Of a DNA stretch of 64,000 nucleotides, positions 41,397 through 56,766 are shown in pieces (the stretch's first letter is position 1; the number at the start of each line of letters is the position of its first letter). Under the pieces are notes generated by a model. The model did no database searches. It was not told the origin of the DNA and saw only the letters and a program-made list of their open reading frames with translations. The translations under genes and the position numbers were made by a program. The stretch is from Octopus vulgaris (lineage: Eukaryota): contig OX597834.1 in the NCBI GenBank assembly GCA_951406725.2, positions 1,240,001-1,304,000 on the forward strand. Reading direction: 5' to 3'.

Positions 41397-41889
41397 ATAT
41401 ATGTATGTATATGTATCTATATATGCATATATATATACACACACACACACATACACAATCGCATCGTATGGCACTCTCTCGTACTCGACATCCCCCCTAC
41501 ACCCACACACAAATAAGTAAAAGAAGGCGACGGAGGAGGTGTGTGGTGCAGATTCCGTTCGTCAATGCATGTTAAAATGTGCAATATAAATTCATTAAAT
41601 CTTATATTGGCGTCCATGTTGTAAACAAATGTCATACGTGGAATATCAAATTTAAATGAAATTGTTTTTATCTTTCTTTGTTTCTGGTTTTGAAATTAAA
41701 ATTTATTGCAATGAACTGGTGGCAGGGGCGGCGGCGGCGGAATTGTAAAGAAATGATGTTTTAACAACTTTAATTAGTTATTGTTGGAACACGACAGAGG
41801 GAGCCACCCGTTCTAGCGTTGATGCGATGACAGATAAAGTTGCTGTAGCTGACAGGGTCTTGTGTTGTTAATAACATTGTCTGTATTGT

Positions 41890-42135
41890 TATCATTGCAT
41901 CATCGTCATCGCCATAGTCATCGTCGTCGTCATCGTTGTCATCATAAATTACCGTCTCATCATCGTTATTGTTTTCATCCTTCTTGTAATTCTCATTGCC
42001 ATCATCATCACCGTCATTGTCATCTTCAGCATCATTACCATCATCATCGTCATCATCGCCGTCGTCATCGTCGTTGTCATTGTGGTTTTCGTCTCCATCA
42101 TCATCATCATCATCATCATTGTTATCATCATCTTT
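41890..42135. repeat. Degenerate (CAT)n/(CGT)n microsatellite
   Basis: Direct reading; produces the Asp-rich and His-rich ORF artefacts. Confidence 0.9.
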
Positions 42136-42853
42136 CACCAACATCGTCACCACGACATAAGCCAGAAGGTTAAAAACAGAGCGATGATGATGATGATTTT
42201 TATACTAGTAACACTTTAGTGGAAGGGCTAGTAGTCGACACCACTGACCTCAGTATATAACTGGTATTATATTCAATAGAACAGGAAATGAGGAACAGCA
42301 AAGTTTGCCTCGGTGAAATTTGAACTCAGAAAGGAGACAACTATGTCAAATACGGTGAATCTTTCAATATGACTACGAATCTTTATGAAGTGTATTAATA
42401 ATAGCTATAGATATGTAAAGGAAACGAAAATCGCTGGAGAATAATTAGTGCGAAATTACGATGGCCAGTAAACAGTATTTTTATATTTCCTTCTCTTTGA
42501 AGCAATCATCGCTGTGAAAGCAAAATGGTGGCCATTTTGTTCTCCATAATTACCAACTAATTTTCAGAGCTTTGCCGCTTTAATAATCGTATTTTCAGCA
42601 TAGACGTGAAATAATCAAGATATGTAGTCCTGACACATGACTTGATGCATTTTAATTTAGAGACACTATTTGTGGTGAGCTAATAGTACATTGTTTAGTA
42701 GTAGTCGCAGGATCTAATAGCGTTTAAGTTGATAAATATAATTCTATATCAAAAATATATATTTTCTATGATTTTCCAAACGTGTGATGACATTGCCTCG
42801 CAGTTTCTCGCCTGAGCTGCTTTCAACATATAAAACAGGAGTGAGTGAAGAGA

Positions 42854-42908
<55 letters not shown>

Positions 42909-42988
42909 GTCATGTACTGGTTACCATTAGTCTTTTATGTTGCATATGTATTTAGTTTTCTTCGAGAATGTAAGCAAAATACGCGATA

Positions 42989-43046
<58 letters not shown>

Positions 43047-43666
43047 GCATGTATATTGATATATATATATATACGCATGCATATTGATATATATACATAC
43101 ATAAATGAACACGTATATGTATATGTGTGTGTGTAAGGCGGCAGAGTGATGGCAGGAACCCCTTTGATAATAGACGTGTTGATACAGGATCGACGTGAGG
43201 CTAAATACCACTACTATCAACAACAAAAACAACGACAACAACAGAAATATGATGAGATAATTAAGAAGTATGCAAAACATAAAAGCAAGAGAAGAAGAAG
43301 TGATGAGTGGAAGAAGAAGAAGAAGAAGAAGAAGACGATAATTTGAGAAGGGAGAGAAACGATTGAGATGTAGCGTCAGGTAAATTGCAAACACAACCAG
43401 CCAATTGAGCCACTTCATTAAAACTACTACAAGGGCTTGTTGTAGAAGTAAAAATCCTGCGTAATTAGGAAGGAGAAAGAGTGAGAATATGATCACGTGG
43501 TTAAGGTGTGTGGATCGCATTCACCACTCATAGGCTCGATCCAAATACGGAGCATCTTCGTCGGTTGTATTTTACTCTAGCCTCAGCGTGACCTATATTA
43601 ACGAAATTTCGTTAATGGGAATGATATGGAAGCACACATATATGTGTATATATGTATATGTATATG

Positions 43667-44870
<1,204 letters not shown>

Positions 44871-44916
44871 TATATGAATAAATGAAATGGAGTCGAACGA
44901 AGAGGTTAACAAAATT

Positions 44917-45009
44917 CCTTTACTTTCGACATATGTTTCGAAGACAACATGGTTTCATTCCAAAGGAATAAAGGGTGCAAGATGCAATCTTCTCATCAGG
45001 AAAGAAAGG
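44917..45009 (-). ncRNA. Type I hammerhead ribozyme, intact core, in the 3' pLTR of a Penelope-like element
   Basis: Minus strand: cctttctttc-CTGATGA-gaaga(...)tcttc-GAA-A-catatg-T-C-gaaag-t-aaagg; 10-bp stem I with one bulge, 5-bp stem II base, palindromic stem III, canonical GUC. Confidence 0.92.
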
Positions 45010-46320
45010 GAGCCTCTCTCGGCAACAAGACAAACAAAAATTTCGATGACCGCCTACATGGTAAACAAAACGATAATAAGTGTTTTTAAAAAAACCGTTA
45101 GTAGAATTGACGTCAAAGTTAGATAGTAGGAAGAGAAGGGTTAAATGAATGATAGGTAGGGAACCAGTGGAAAGGGAAGGGTATGTTGATTAAGAATGTT
45201 CAAAGGCTTAGGAAACAATTTCGCTATTGAAGTGGAGTGCACGTTAAACTAATTGTTCAAACCACGATGCCTATCGTAATCATTTGTATGAGTAAAAAGT
45301 ATGTTTCTGCCAGTGTTTACATTATACGATTTCTCTATGAGTGTGTTTACAAGGGGAACCTTAGAGAGGAGGATATGGAAGAGCTCAGAGTTGCAAATGT
45401 TACAAAATCTCCTGCTCTTATCAAAAGGAAAGGATACAGACAGTATGAACCAATCTAACTTGAAATCTATATTATTGTCTTTAAGACGCCAAACTTAGCG
45501 CTGTATTATGTCGTTTTTTACTATCCCTGAATGTTGAATAATGGTTTGAAATTCTCTTGGATAACTGGGAAGTGGACGCTCCTATATAGAAGAAGACATC
45601 GGTACCGGAAGAGATTCTACATTGGTAAATAGAATTCTTAATCTTAGAATTACTAGACAAAAATTTAATTCTGTTGGGGTTGTCCTCCGAGATCGAAACG
45701 AAGTTTTTATTGCTATGATTGTTGTTACTATTATTATTAGCGCCAACAACTACACTATTCCTATTATTATTAGTATTATTAATTGTAATACAACCAGTAA
45801 TACCACCGACAATAATACCGTTATTGTTATTACCATCAACATTACCATTGTTATTAACACGACTGATACTATTATTAATAATATCATCAATGTTAACACT
45901 ATCGCTACTACCATTTATTACTATTAATACTATTCCTATTATTATGACTGTATGAAGGGTTGGAATTAGCAGGATTAATGCTGGAACACCCGGGTGAAGA
46001 ATCTTTATTTAGCAGCTTGGTATTGTGAGAAGATATAATTTGTGAAAGATTTCTATTGTTAGAGAAAGCGATTCTAATATGTGGGAATTGATAATAGAAT
46101 AATATCTAGAATTTCTGGGAAAGTTCCTAGCAACGGCTTCACGGAAATGCAAGGGAAGGTTCGATTTAATTTGTTTTCCGAAAGGTATTACGAACCAGAT
46201 ACAGTTTTAAGTGGCCTTTGAATTGTACTTAGTGTTATTTGTGAAAGTAAGGGGAAAATTTCTAGGGTTGGAAATTTGGGGTTGAATGGCGCTTACCTCC
46301 CCTGATCCGTAAAGAATTTA
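44917..46320 (-). mobile_element. 5'-truncated Penelope-like retroelement (RT thumb/linker + GIY-YIG + pLTR)
   Basis: Minus strand IWFVIPFGKQIKSNLPLHFREAVARNFP...IRIAFSNNRNLSQIISSHNTKLL (46200-46010), then KNSIYQCRISSGTDVFFYIGASTSQLSKRISNHYSTFRDSKKRHNTALS/VWRLKDNNIDFKLDWFIL...CNICNSE, then the hammerhead. Confidence 0.9.
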
Positions 46321-46385
46321 TATTATGTATAGGGTTGCTTTCACTCTTAGAAGATGTATACGTATGTATATATTAGACATGTATA

Positions 46386-46465
<80 letters not shown>

Positions 46466-47665
46466 TGTTTATACATATCAATATCTACATTCACAACCCA
46501 TGTGTACATGTACACATGCACACCCATATATACGTGTATCTGTATATATAAATATATATATTTACACGCGTCTAAACATGCAAATGTGCAAAGACGTAAC
46601 GCCGTGGTCCAAACTATACCCGCACACATGCATACATGTGTGCATACGTACATATACTCACACATAAATGCTTACATATACACATGCATACATTTTGCGT
46701 ATATGCTAGCATGCTCGGATGCATATATACATACGTATATAAATACATATATTCATATATATATATATATATATATATATTATGTACGTAAACATACCTA
46801 CACACATACATATTTGTGGTTATCAGGATATCTAGACTCCTACGTGCCTCAGTATTAATGATAGAAAGCTGGGCTTGACAAAACCAAAAAGGTCACGACT
46901 AATTAGGAAATTGTAATTTATTGTAATTAGGAGATAATCGCAAATTTACATGAAACATTGCACTTTATTTCGCCCGAGGTATGCACCTATGCTCTTCCTC
47001 TACATCTGTTTCCGTTTGAATTCGCCCTTCCCATGATCCACGATGTAAATAGGAGATGTTAATCATTTAAAGTCCGCCAATTCATGCTCCCCTTCGATCT
47101 CTGCCCATTGCAAGGCCAGTAGGCCGCTGCTTACCTCACTGGACAATCACTGGTATACGACATACAGACAGACCTATGGATATATACACGCATATTTATG
47201 GCTACACATACAGGAATTAAAACATTTTGACCGAACAATATCCTCATTGTTCCTCTCATAATCTACTCCTCCAGAATAATGGACTTTCAAATCTGAAGAT
47301 ACAAACACACACACCAGAAGTTAATGAAATGCAGTGTTTGAGTTGTATATTAAGGGTGTCATTACCAGACCCGAGTTTGAGACCTATGTTTAGAGTCCCA
47401 TGATGGGACAGCGATAGAAACAATCCATTAGAACGTTTCTCCATATGACCATCACCATTAACGAGGTAATAAGAATGAAGAAAGAGGACTGGTTCAATTA
47501 TTTGATGAAAGGGCGCCACACAGCAACTGCATGGCATTGGTGTTGTGGTGAGACGTTCCAAATCAAAGACGACATGGAAGGCCACTTCTGAAGTAAACTT
47601 CTCATATCTATGGAGAGTCCAAGGTTAAAGAGCGAAACAGCACGAAGCAGATCATATGAACGACG

Positions 47666-47790
47666 ATGGTGATGGTGGTGGTGGTGGTTGTTGTGGTGGT
47701 GGTGGTGGTGGTGGTGGTGGTGGTGGCGACTGCGGCGGCGGCGGCGGTGGTGGTGGTGGTGGTGGTAGTGGTGGTGGTGTCGGTGGTGAT
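47666..47790. repeat. (GGT)n/(GGC)n microsatellite
   Basis: Direct reading. Confidence 0.95.
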
Positions 47791-47872
47791 CAATTGACAG
47801 GAAGAAGAACAGAAGTCCGGAAAGAACTGAGAAGTTAAGTCGAATCAAATAACGGCACTCTAAACGCAAATA

Positions 47873-47904
<32 letters not shown>

Positions 47905-49030
47905 AAGTGTAATTACCTCTCCTGTCTCGAATAATGCCAATCACCAATTACCTCTCCTTAGATTTTTCTAGATGTTAATTCATTTACAAAGAAATTCTCA
48001 TACAAGCAACATGGACTAAAAATTCGTTAGGAAAATACGAAATTGCAATATCTTCACCAATTTCAATGTTATGATTAGCGAAACGCGAAACCGGTGGACT
48101 ATCACCAATTTTCTATCCTTTAAAATATATTAAAAATATATAAATTGTGTGCATTTTCCTTCTTTTGCTTTTTGTGTGCACGTGCACGCGTGTATTTGAA
48201 ATTTATAGAAAAACAAAAGACGAAGACAGGTTCATGAACAACAAACAAGTGTTTGACGCTCGGGAAAAATGAAAACGTCTTTTACGTTTCGAGTCCATGC
48301 CCAGAAAAGAATACAAGAAAATAAACGGAGAAGGAATGAAAAAAACTTGTAGCTGTCATCGGTCCAACATGGCTTTTTTATACGTAACATATAATTTATA
48401 AACAGGGAAAATTTTAGCTTTTCCTCGGTAGACTGGAAAAATGATGAACAGCTTAATTGATTTTCGAACTTCAGTTGGGTTCCCATCAGAGACATCCATC
48501 TCTCTTTGACCACCTCTAGAGAAACAAGCAGCCAAGTTGTTTATCGACTGAACAAATACAGCAGTTACTCTATAACTCTTTTTTTTTTCATAAACCAGAG
48601 AAATTGTAAAATATCATTCAAAACTGATCTAAGAAAAGTATCTCAAATAAGAATTAAATTGTCCACCGTTCATGTCCGCCAGACACTGTCCATCCTCGCC
48701 TTACATGTTACTCTTCTCTCTTTGTAACCCCCGACGAGAATAATACAATTTTCACGTGAACTCTCAGCCGTTGACCTCGGCTATTTCCCTTCCACTTCGC
48801 CTTCTCCTTCCTCCTCCTCCTCCTCCTATCACAGACGAGTCATTAGACAGCTGCCATGCGAAAATGAATAATTTCTGGTTTTCACTTTAGCCATTCTACC
48901 TAATTACTCTTGTGCCCTCCCTCTCTCTCTCTCTCTCTCTTTCACCCTCTTTCCCTCTCTCCTTAACTTTCTCCGTCTCTCTCTCTCTCCCTCTCTTTCA
49001 CCCTCTTTCCCTCTCTCCTTATCTTTCTCC

Positions 49031-49071
<41 letters not shown>

Positions 49072-51329
49072 AATATTCTTTCCATTCAACATTCAATGCA
49101 AAGATCTTTTTGTGCAAATTCCAATATAATGGAATAATCACTTAACCTGCTGCTATGACGTCATTGAATCTGAATTAATTTGAGGAAGTCAACGCCATGG
49201 CAATAAATGTCATATCGAAGTAAAGTTGGGTATTTCTATGGTTTTGTCGTGGGAGGAACGCCGGCACTCAACCCTTACCTGATTCCTCCCCGGTTGTTTT
49301 CATTATTTTACAGTTTCTTGAATACGGTAAGCGTGGAAATGTAGAAGAAACCACGGCTCAAGGGACTGGACACTTCTAAGGCGGTAATGGTGGTGGTGGT
49401 GGTGATGAAGATGAGGAGGATGACGACGACGACGACGGAGTTGATGAAAGTAATGATGATGATGATGACGCTGGTGATGATGCAGAAACGGTCCAAAGAA
49501 GCGAAAGCCATCCATATGCTTAAACAGCAATAAACATCTATAAATAAGTTTTACAGGATGAAAGCAGAAGAATTAATTATAGGAAATCAATGGATTATGA
49601 GAGATCTCCGCGGTTGATGTCTCTCCTTACCCCCAGCACACCAATCCCACCTGTAAATCCATAGGATTTATAGCTGCGCATCACGCTTCTTTCCGAATAT
49701 ATTATACAGTAAACGGCGTTGAATTATTTTAATCACTGGAATGAAGAAGCCGGGGATGTCATTCGAGCGTTCGATGCTTTTATGCAGAGTTTGAACAAGT
49801 TCAAGGAACTCTTTCATCTCTGACTGGATTACAGAGAAGTCAGGAAGTACTAATATCGGTATTTCCGGTGCAACTCATGGGTATTGGAGAAATCTGTATA
49901 TATTGATCAAATATTGATTAAATCTTGTTTTTAAGTTTGACAAACATGGGATATTTTGAAGACGTTTACCCTTTAAAAGGGCTTATCCTCAAAGGGAGGT
50001 AAGAAACGAAAAGCACCAAGATCGTTTTACGCTGTTGCTGGGAAGAAAGGACTCTGGAGACATGAAACTTGAGTTGCTGTTTGTTTATTAGTCTCATACT
50101 CCAAGAGCCATGGATGGCAAACCTAATCTGCCTGTTGTATGGAAATGTAACAGAAAATCTTGGATTACACCAGATTTGTTTACTGAATGCTTTTATGAAG
50201 CATTCTGCCAACAAATTAGAGTAGATTTGGTCTTTAAAGTTATTTATTAAAAACATTTGTAACTCTATCACTTTAGTGCTATACAGACAAAATTAGAGGT
50301 TTGTCAGAAGATAATGCCGGCAACCTTTGATGTGTTCTTCATAAAAATAAGTCAAACAAAACCATTTTTGATTTTGTTCTTTCAGATTTTTTCGTTTCGG
50401 GAATTTCATACTTTCTATTGATTTCCATAAAATTCTGTTCAAAGGATTTTCCTCTTTCAATAACTAGGGTCATTCGAGGGCTACGCTATGTTCAATAAGT
50501 GTATATATATAGAAATATGTATTGCCCTATATATGTCTAAATCATTACATGTGTGTGTTTGTGTGTGTGTATGTGTGTTTTAATAATTAAAGGAACTTTC
50601 CTACATAAAGATTGCTTTAACATCTGATAACGAAGTTTTTGCGAGCGAATGCAACCATAATTACATTAAAGGAAGTATTTGCGTGTGTGTGTGTGTGTGT
50701 GTGTGTGTATGAGGGAGCTGGGCGTTTATGTGCGTGGGAGTTGGAGTGTATGTGTGCGTGTGCGCATGTGTGTCTGTGTCTTCGCGTAGATGGATGGACA
50801 CAAATAAATAAACACACATATAAACATTGATTAATAGGGAGAGAGAGAGAGAGAGAGAGAGGAGGGGGAGACAGAAAGAAAGAAAGAAAGAAAGAGAGGG
50901 AAAGAGAGAGAGAGAGAAAGTGAAAGAGACAGACATTTACATTGGCTTTACTCAGGCATGCACGAAATAGTAATATAATATAATATATACATGTATAGTT
51001 GTATATATAGTTATATGTGTGAGCCCGTATTTGTGCACGTGCATGTGTGCGTGTCTTTTTTTTTGTATTTGGGTGCGTATGATTTTGCAAATTTGTTCTG
51101 CTCTACTGATCAATATTATTGTTTGAACATCAGTGCCGCACCTGTTAATGACTCTTACTTGACGTATATAGACACTCACCTGTATATATATATATATACC
51201 GTTATTAAATAAATCTCATCATAGCCGCCATTACCTATCAAACGCTAATAAACCCTACATCATCCACAGAAATACAGACCAAAAAATATAACATAGTTCC
51301 AGTACTCAAGGAGCGATTCATTGAAAACA

Positions 51330-51710
51330 TCCGATAAAGCTGCCTTCACGGTTGGGCAACCGGCCAAAATCAACTGTTCCTATGTGTTGGTTAAGAATCT
51401 CTCACCAAATACAAAGCCTGCAGCATGGAACGTTAGTACTCATGCTCTCATCTCAGAAGGAGACGAGTACCAATATTCCATTTGGGAGGCTTGATTATTT
51501 GGTGAGAGATTTCTCTCGGCATGAAACCAATGATAGCCTTTACCCACAAATAAAGAATAGTTATCCATCAATGCGGTGTTGAGCACACACTATCACTGCT
51601 AGATATTAGCATATGTATATAAATATGTATATACATATATATATAAATATATATATATATACATCTTTATATATACACATACACACATACATACATACAT
51701 ACATACATAT

Positions 51711-51809
<99 letters not shown>

Positions 51810-52328
51810 AGAGAGGTGCATCGAACAGGATATGGACTAATAACAAGTTTTTTATTGATCTGACGAGAGCGAACGATTCTGTAATTAGATTTGCTCTTTG
51901 GGAGATCCTGAAAAAGTTGGGCTGCCCAGAAAAATTTGTGAGAATGCCTAGTCAATTTCATGACGAGATGGAGGTGAGAGTTAATGTTGGAGGTAACTTG
52001 ACAGATCCAATTGATGTGAAACAGGCTGGTATTCCTTCTCCTACCTTTCTTTGCTCTGTAGTTTACAATAGTCTTTCAAATAGATTTTCAAGATTGTGCT
52101 GCAAGGGTCTATATAAGATATAGGACAGTGGGAAAAGTTTTCAGCCTCAAAAGACTTTGTGCCAAAACAAAAGTTCTTCATTCTCACGTCATTGAGTTCT
52201 TGTCTGCAGATGATTATGAACAGTTAGCACATTCCCAAGAAGATATGCAACGCATGATGAGTGCGATTTCTGCAGCATGTACAGCATTGGGCTTGGCAAT
52301 CAACTTGAAGAAAACTGTTCTGATGTAA
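51330..52328 (+). mobile_element. RTE-clade LINE remnant (EN start + RT), split by an (AT)n/(ACAT)n tract
   Basis: AAWNVST (~51420, WNVRT-like); FIDLTRA...[27 protein letters not shown]...VKQ; GKVFSLKRLCAKTKV...EFLSADD...AHSQEDMQRMM...GLAINLKKTVLM. Confidence 0.88.
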
Positions 52329-52329
52329 C

Positions 52330-52490
52330 AACCTGCCTCTCGTGCGCTAAAGACAAAAATCCCAAATTTTACATATTCCCCTTCTACCAATGTAGAGACG
52401 GAATCACCACACAAGAAAGAATTAACAAGGAGAATCTTTTTATTAAAAACTTCAAAACGCATCTTAATATGCAAACTCCACGATAATCAT
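52330..52490 (+). mobile_element. Penelope-like GIY-YIG C-terminal fragment
   Basis: SCAKDKNPKFYIFPFYQCRDGITTQERINKENLFIKNFKTHLN matches the R..KE..FI..F...LN end of PLE endonucleases. Confidence 0.6.
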
Positions 52491-52593
52491 ACTTCTTTTT
52501 TCTACCTCATTCTTCATGGATGGACTAATACAAATATATAAGGATATCATGCAGTCATCACTTCAAGCTAAAACTTATATTCTTTATTTGTTG

Positions 52594-52595
<2 letters not shown>

Positions 52596-52662
<67 letters not shown>
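52596..52662. repeat. (TTA)n microsatellite
   Basis: Direct reading. Confidence 0.95.
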
Positions 52663-52667
<5 letters not shown>

Positions 52668-53224
52668 GACATAACAATCTGAAATGAAATTATAAATTGG
52701 TTTATGTAAATTTATATAATTAGAAAACAATATAAATAAAGTGTTAAAATCTGAATGTTAAGTTAGCAAAGAATTATATAAAAAAAGATAATGCAAATGA
52801 AGCTAAAATGATAATTTTATAATTTAAGGTTAACATCCTATCTTAAAAAAATTGATAATCCCAATTGAAGAGCATAAAATCCACAGAGTTGTCTCCCCTT
52901 ACTCACAGGAACTGGATAACTCCTACCCCATTTCCTGCTTTGACATTCATTTAACAAACATCCTAAATTAAACACCATATGGATTTAATCACATGGAGCT
53001 CAATTCTCCAAGGTAATTTTTTCAAGAACTATCATTGGACTCGAGATACACAAAGACTTTACAATGTATCGGTGTACCTATTTTTAAATTTTTGTATATG
53101 TTTATTATTTTTTTGCAAAAAAGAATGTCATTTTCTTTTTTCCCCCTCCTCAATCATAAAAAAACATTTCTTTTCACCTTACAATTCTTGAAAACTCACA
53201 TTGTGACGAAAACCGGTTTGAATT

Positions 53225-53255
<31 letters not shown>

Positions 53256-53370
53256 TAAAATTTTCCATCCACTCATTTTCATTAAAATTTACCATCAATT
53301 CTGCCTTTTTATAATTTTTCCTTGCCTATCATTTCTCCACGTGCGGTCAACACAGCCCCACCATTCATTG

Positions 53371-53405
<35 letters not shown>

Positions 53406-53475
53406 TTTATGTACATATGCCTATATATATATATATGTACATATATATAGATGGGAGATGCTATATATATATACA

Positions 53476-53596
<121 letters not shown>

Positions 53597-53649
53597 TTAT
53601 ATATATGTATATATATATATGTGTGTATATATATATATATGTATATATA

Positions 53650-53709
<60 letters not shown>

Positions 53710-54057
53710 TGTATGTATGCATGTATGTATGTATATACATATAAAGATATATATATACGATTGTGATGAAATATTGAACTTACAAACCTCTAATCTTTGT
53801 CAGTTATTATGTAACGAATTGCATATGTGTGTGTTGGTGTCCGAACTAAGAAGTGCCGTGCGTGAGTACGTGAGAGAGACAGAGATAGAGAGAGGGAGAA
53901 ATAAATAGACAGAGACAGAGAGAGTGACAGTCAGTGCTGCTATCCGTTTTGTCTAAATGCATGTGTAGGGGGTGTCTGTGTGTGCGTGTGGTGTGTGTGT
54001 GCGTGCGTGTATTTCTGTGTGCGTGCGTGTATTTCTCTTTGTGTGTGTGTGTGTGTT

Positions 54058-54127
<70 letters not shown>

Positions 54128-54699
54128 TGTGCGTGTGCTGTGTGCGTGTGCTGTGTAAAGTGCGGCCTCTTAATATTTACAGAAGATTTCAACTATCGCC
54201 ACTCCATCAGCGATAACATTTAAAACATGTAAAGTAGGAGAAATCCTAAACATTGCTGTTTAATCAGCGAGATGTTGGCCATGTTGTTTGCTGTCCGGTG
54301 TGACTGTCGGCGAATGAACTTTAGCTGTTAGCCAAGAGATATATAATAAGGTTAGAGGAGGCAGATACCAGTAAGATCGTGTAGCTGGAATTTGACAAAT
54401 ATTGCAAATGGAAATTGGATGTAGAATGGAATTATAGATACAATTTCAATATCGAATATTTACAAATACTTACGCATACATGTATATTCATACACATATA
54501 TGCAATCTTACTGCATGAAAATATACATGACATAGCTATATATATATATATATATATATATACTACATGACATGCAATGTAGTTAATATATATATATATA
54601 TATTATAGTACTCACTTCCATTCTTATGCAAGCATATATAGATACACATCTCTTCCTTCTGGTCATTCATGTTGAACCGTTATTCTTTCTGTGTCCGTT

Positions 54700-54860
54700 C
54701 TTTTTATTTTTTCGTTCTCTCTCCATGTTCCCCTCAATCCTTTCTGTCGAAGTGCATAGGTTTGAAACGCCAAAGACGTTTCCATTCTTACCGAGCGTTA
54801 AAGTAATACACCTTCTTGTTGTTCCCTCACCTGTTTTTGTCTTTTGTTTTCTGTAAATGG
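54700..54860 (+). mobile_element. Penelope-type pLTR fragment with degenerate hammerhead
   Basis: cttt-CTGtCGA-agtgcataggttt-GAAA-cgc-caaag at 54740-54775; stem II decayed. Confidence 0.45.
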
Positions 54861-56142
54861 GAACTGTGTGCTGGTGTGTGTGAATGATGTAATGTAAGTA
54901 AGTGTCTATGTCTATATACTAGTGACCTGGTGTAGAACTCAATACACATAAGCTTGAGGACGAAGCGTTAATCGAGTGAAGGGAGTGATAAGAACAATGA
55001 GATGAGGAAGTAATGAACTATTATCTTATGAATTTCATTAGCTTTACAGACACCCAAATATGAGCCCACTGCATCTCATAGCAGAAATATATTCAGTTCC
55101 TTGTGTGCGTGTATGTGTGTGCGTGTGTGAGTGAGTTTATGTGGGGGTGCGTGTCTCTGTGCGTATAGAAATATGTTTGAGTTAAGGATTTCTGCTTTTC
55201 CAAGCAGTGTACTTCTGGTGAGAAATAATTTCAAAATGAAATACAATAAACAAAGGTGGTGGGTATAAAAGTCGAAATATACAGAGATCGTGCAGGTTGG
55301 TGGGTGACAGGCTGAAGTCACCGTTTTATCCTAATCCCTGATTTGGCTAATACCAGCTCTAACCTTAACACTTTTATTCACCAACACAAAAAACAAGGTG
55401 ATCAGGTTGAACCATGCACGTGCATATTAACCCGGACATTTTCGTGGATTAACCATGCAACGAGTTTATCCTTAATCTGTTTTCCTCGCTATTTTAGTTA
55501 TCGAAACAGAAAATTCTTTGGTAAAATAGGGAGTTGATAGATCTTAGTGACATAAACATAACGAGCTGGTACTAAAATTTATCCTTTCGTAAGAGACACC
55601 GAAGAGGCAGACGATAAGATTGAACCCACCAGAAGTGCGCCGGTATCCATCAAGCGTTTTAACCACTCGACGATGCCTGCATTGCATATAAAGGTATTTG
55701 GAGAAGGTTTAAATGCAGTTACTAAGTGATCGAGCAACAATATAATGGCAGTTTTATTGTTTTATTTATGAGTGTATATGTTAATGTATATATATTTCTT
55801 CACATTGGTTCACGCTAGTTCTAATAAATTTGCTCTGACAGGGCGGTCGGCGAGTCCCTACCATTGGAAGATTGATTTTAAAGCTACATCTATTTAATCA
55901 ACTCATGGTTACCTCCCTTTGGTTTCCCCTACTGAGAAAGGCTAACGACCAGAAATGTATCTAGAAGTCCAAGAGAAGGCGGTACTGAGCTCATAATGGT
56001 GTATTTACACCCTTTACCATACTCATGAAACGGTAAACTGTAGTGAAGTTGCCCTTGGAAGTTAAAGAAATTAAAATATTTCACAGACCTATTTGAACTA
56101 ACCAAAATTTCATTTATCTCAATTTGCGCAACTACTGATGTG

Positions 56143-56214
<72 letters not shown>

Positions 56215-56278
56215 CCAGCATGGCCACAGCTCAAGAGCTGAAACTGGAAAACATAAACAAGCATAAACAAATATGAAA

Positions 56279-56462
56279 AATAATATGTGACAATTATTCG
56301 GTAGCCAAGATAAAACTCTGAGTTTCGGATGCCGAGGTGGAAATCCACACCACCATCTCTTCGGTTATCTGGCCATCTGAAAAAACTGAAAAAAACGCTT
56401 CCACCTCGGCATCCAAAACTCAGAGTTTGATCTTGGCTATTGAATAATTGTCACATATTATT
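56279..56462. repeat. Fold-back inverted repeat (64-bp arms) overlapping a hammerhead-like motif
   Basis: Arms 56279-56342 and 56399-56462 are near-perfect reverse complements; minus strand 56370-56308 reads agataa-CcGAAGA-gatg...catc-c-GAA-A-ctc(a)gag-T-T-ttatct. Confidence 0.8.
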
Positions 56463-56712
56463 TTACAGAAAAATTTCCTCTATTTACATAATATTGAGGT
56501 CTCTTTCTTTCTTTTGTTATCTTACCGTTTTTACCAATATATATATATACATATATATATATGCTATTTTCTATTTATGAAAATCTTAGTCCATTTGTCA
56601 GAAACAATTGTATAGTTATATGAAAATAAAAACTAAAATCCATTTTGATATCCAGTCTTCTTCATTTCATTAATAAGAATAAATTTGTTGGACTTTATAT
56701 ATAAACTTCTTG

Positions 56713-56764
<52 letters not shown>

Positions 56765-56766
<2 letters not shown>

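Noticed and set aside
41770-42173. Asp-rich / His-rich ORFs resembling biomineralisation or metal-binding proteins
   Set aside because: Degenerate (CAT)n microsatellite with no signal peptide or convincing splice context
46955-46990. attgcac (miR-92-like seed) in a weak hairpin
   Set aside because: The rest of the mature sequence and a proper pre-miRNA stem are absent
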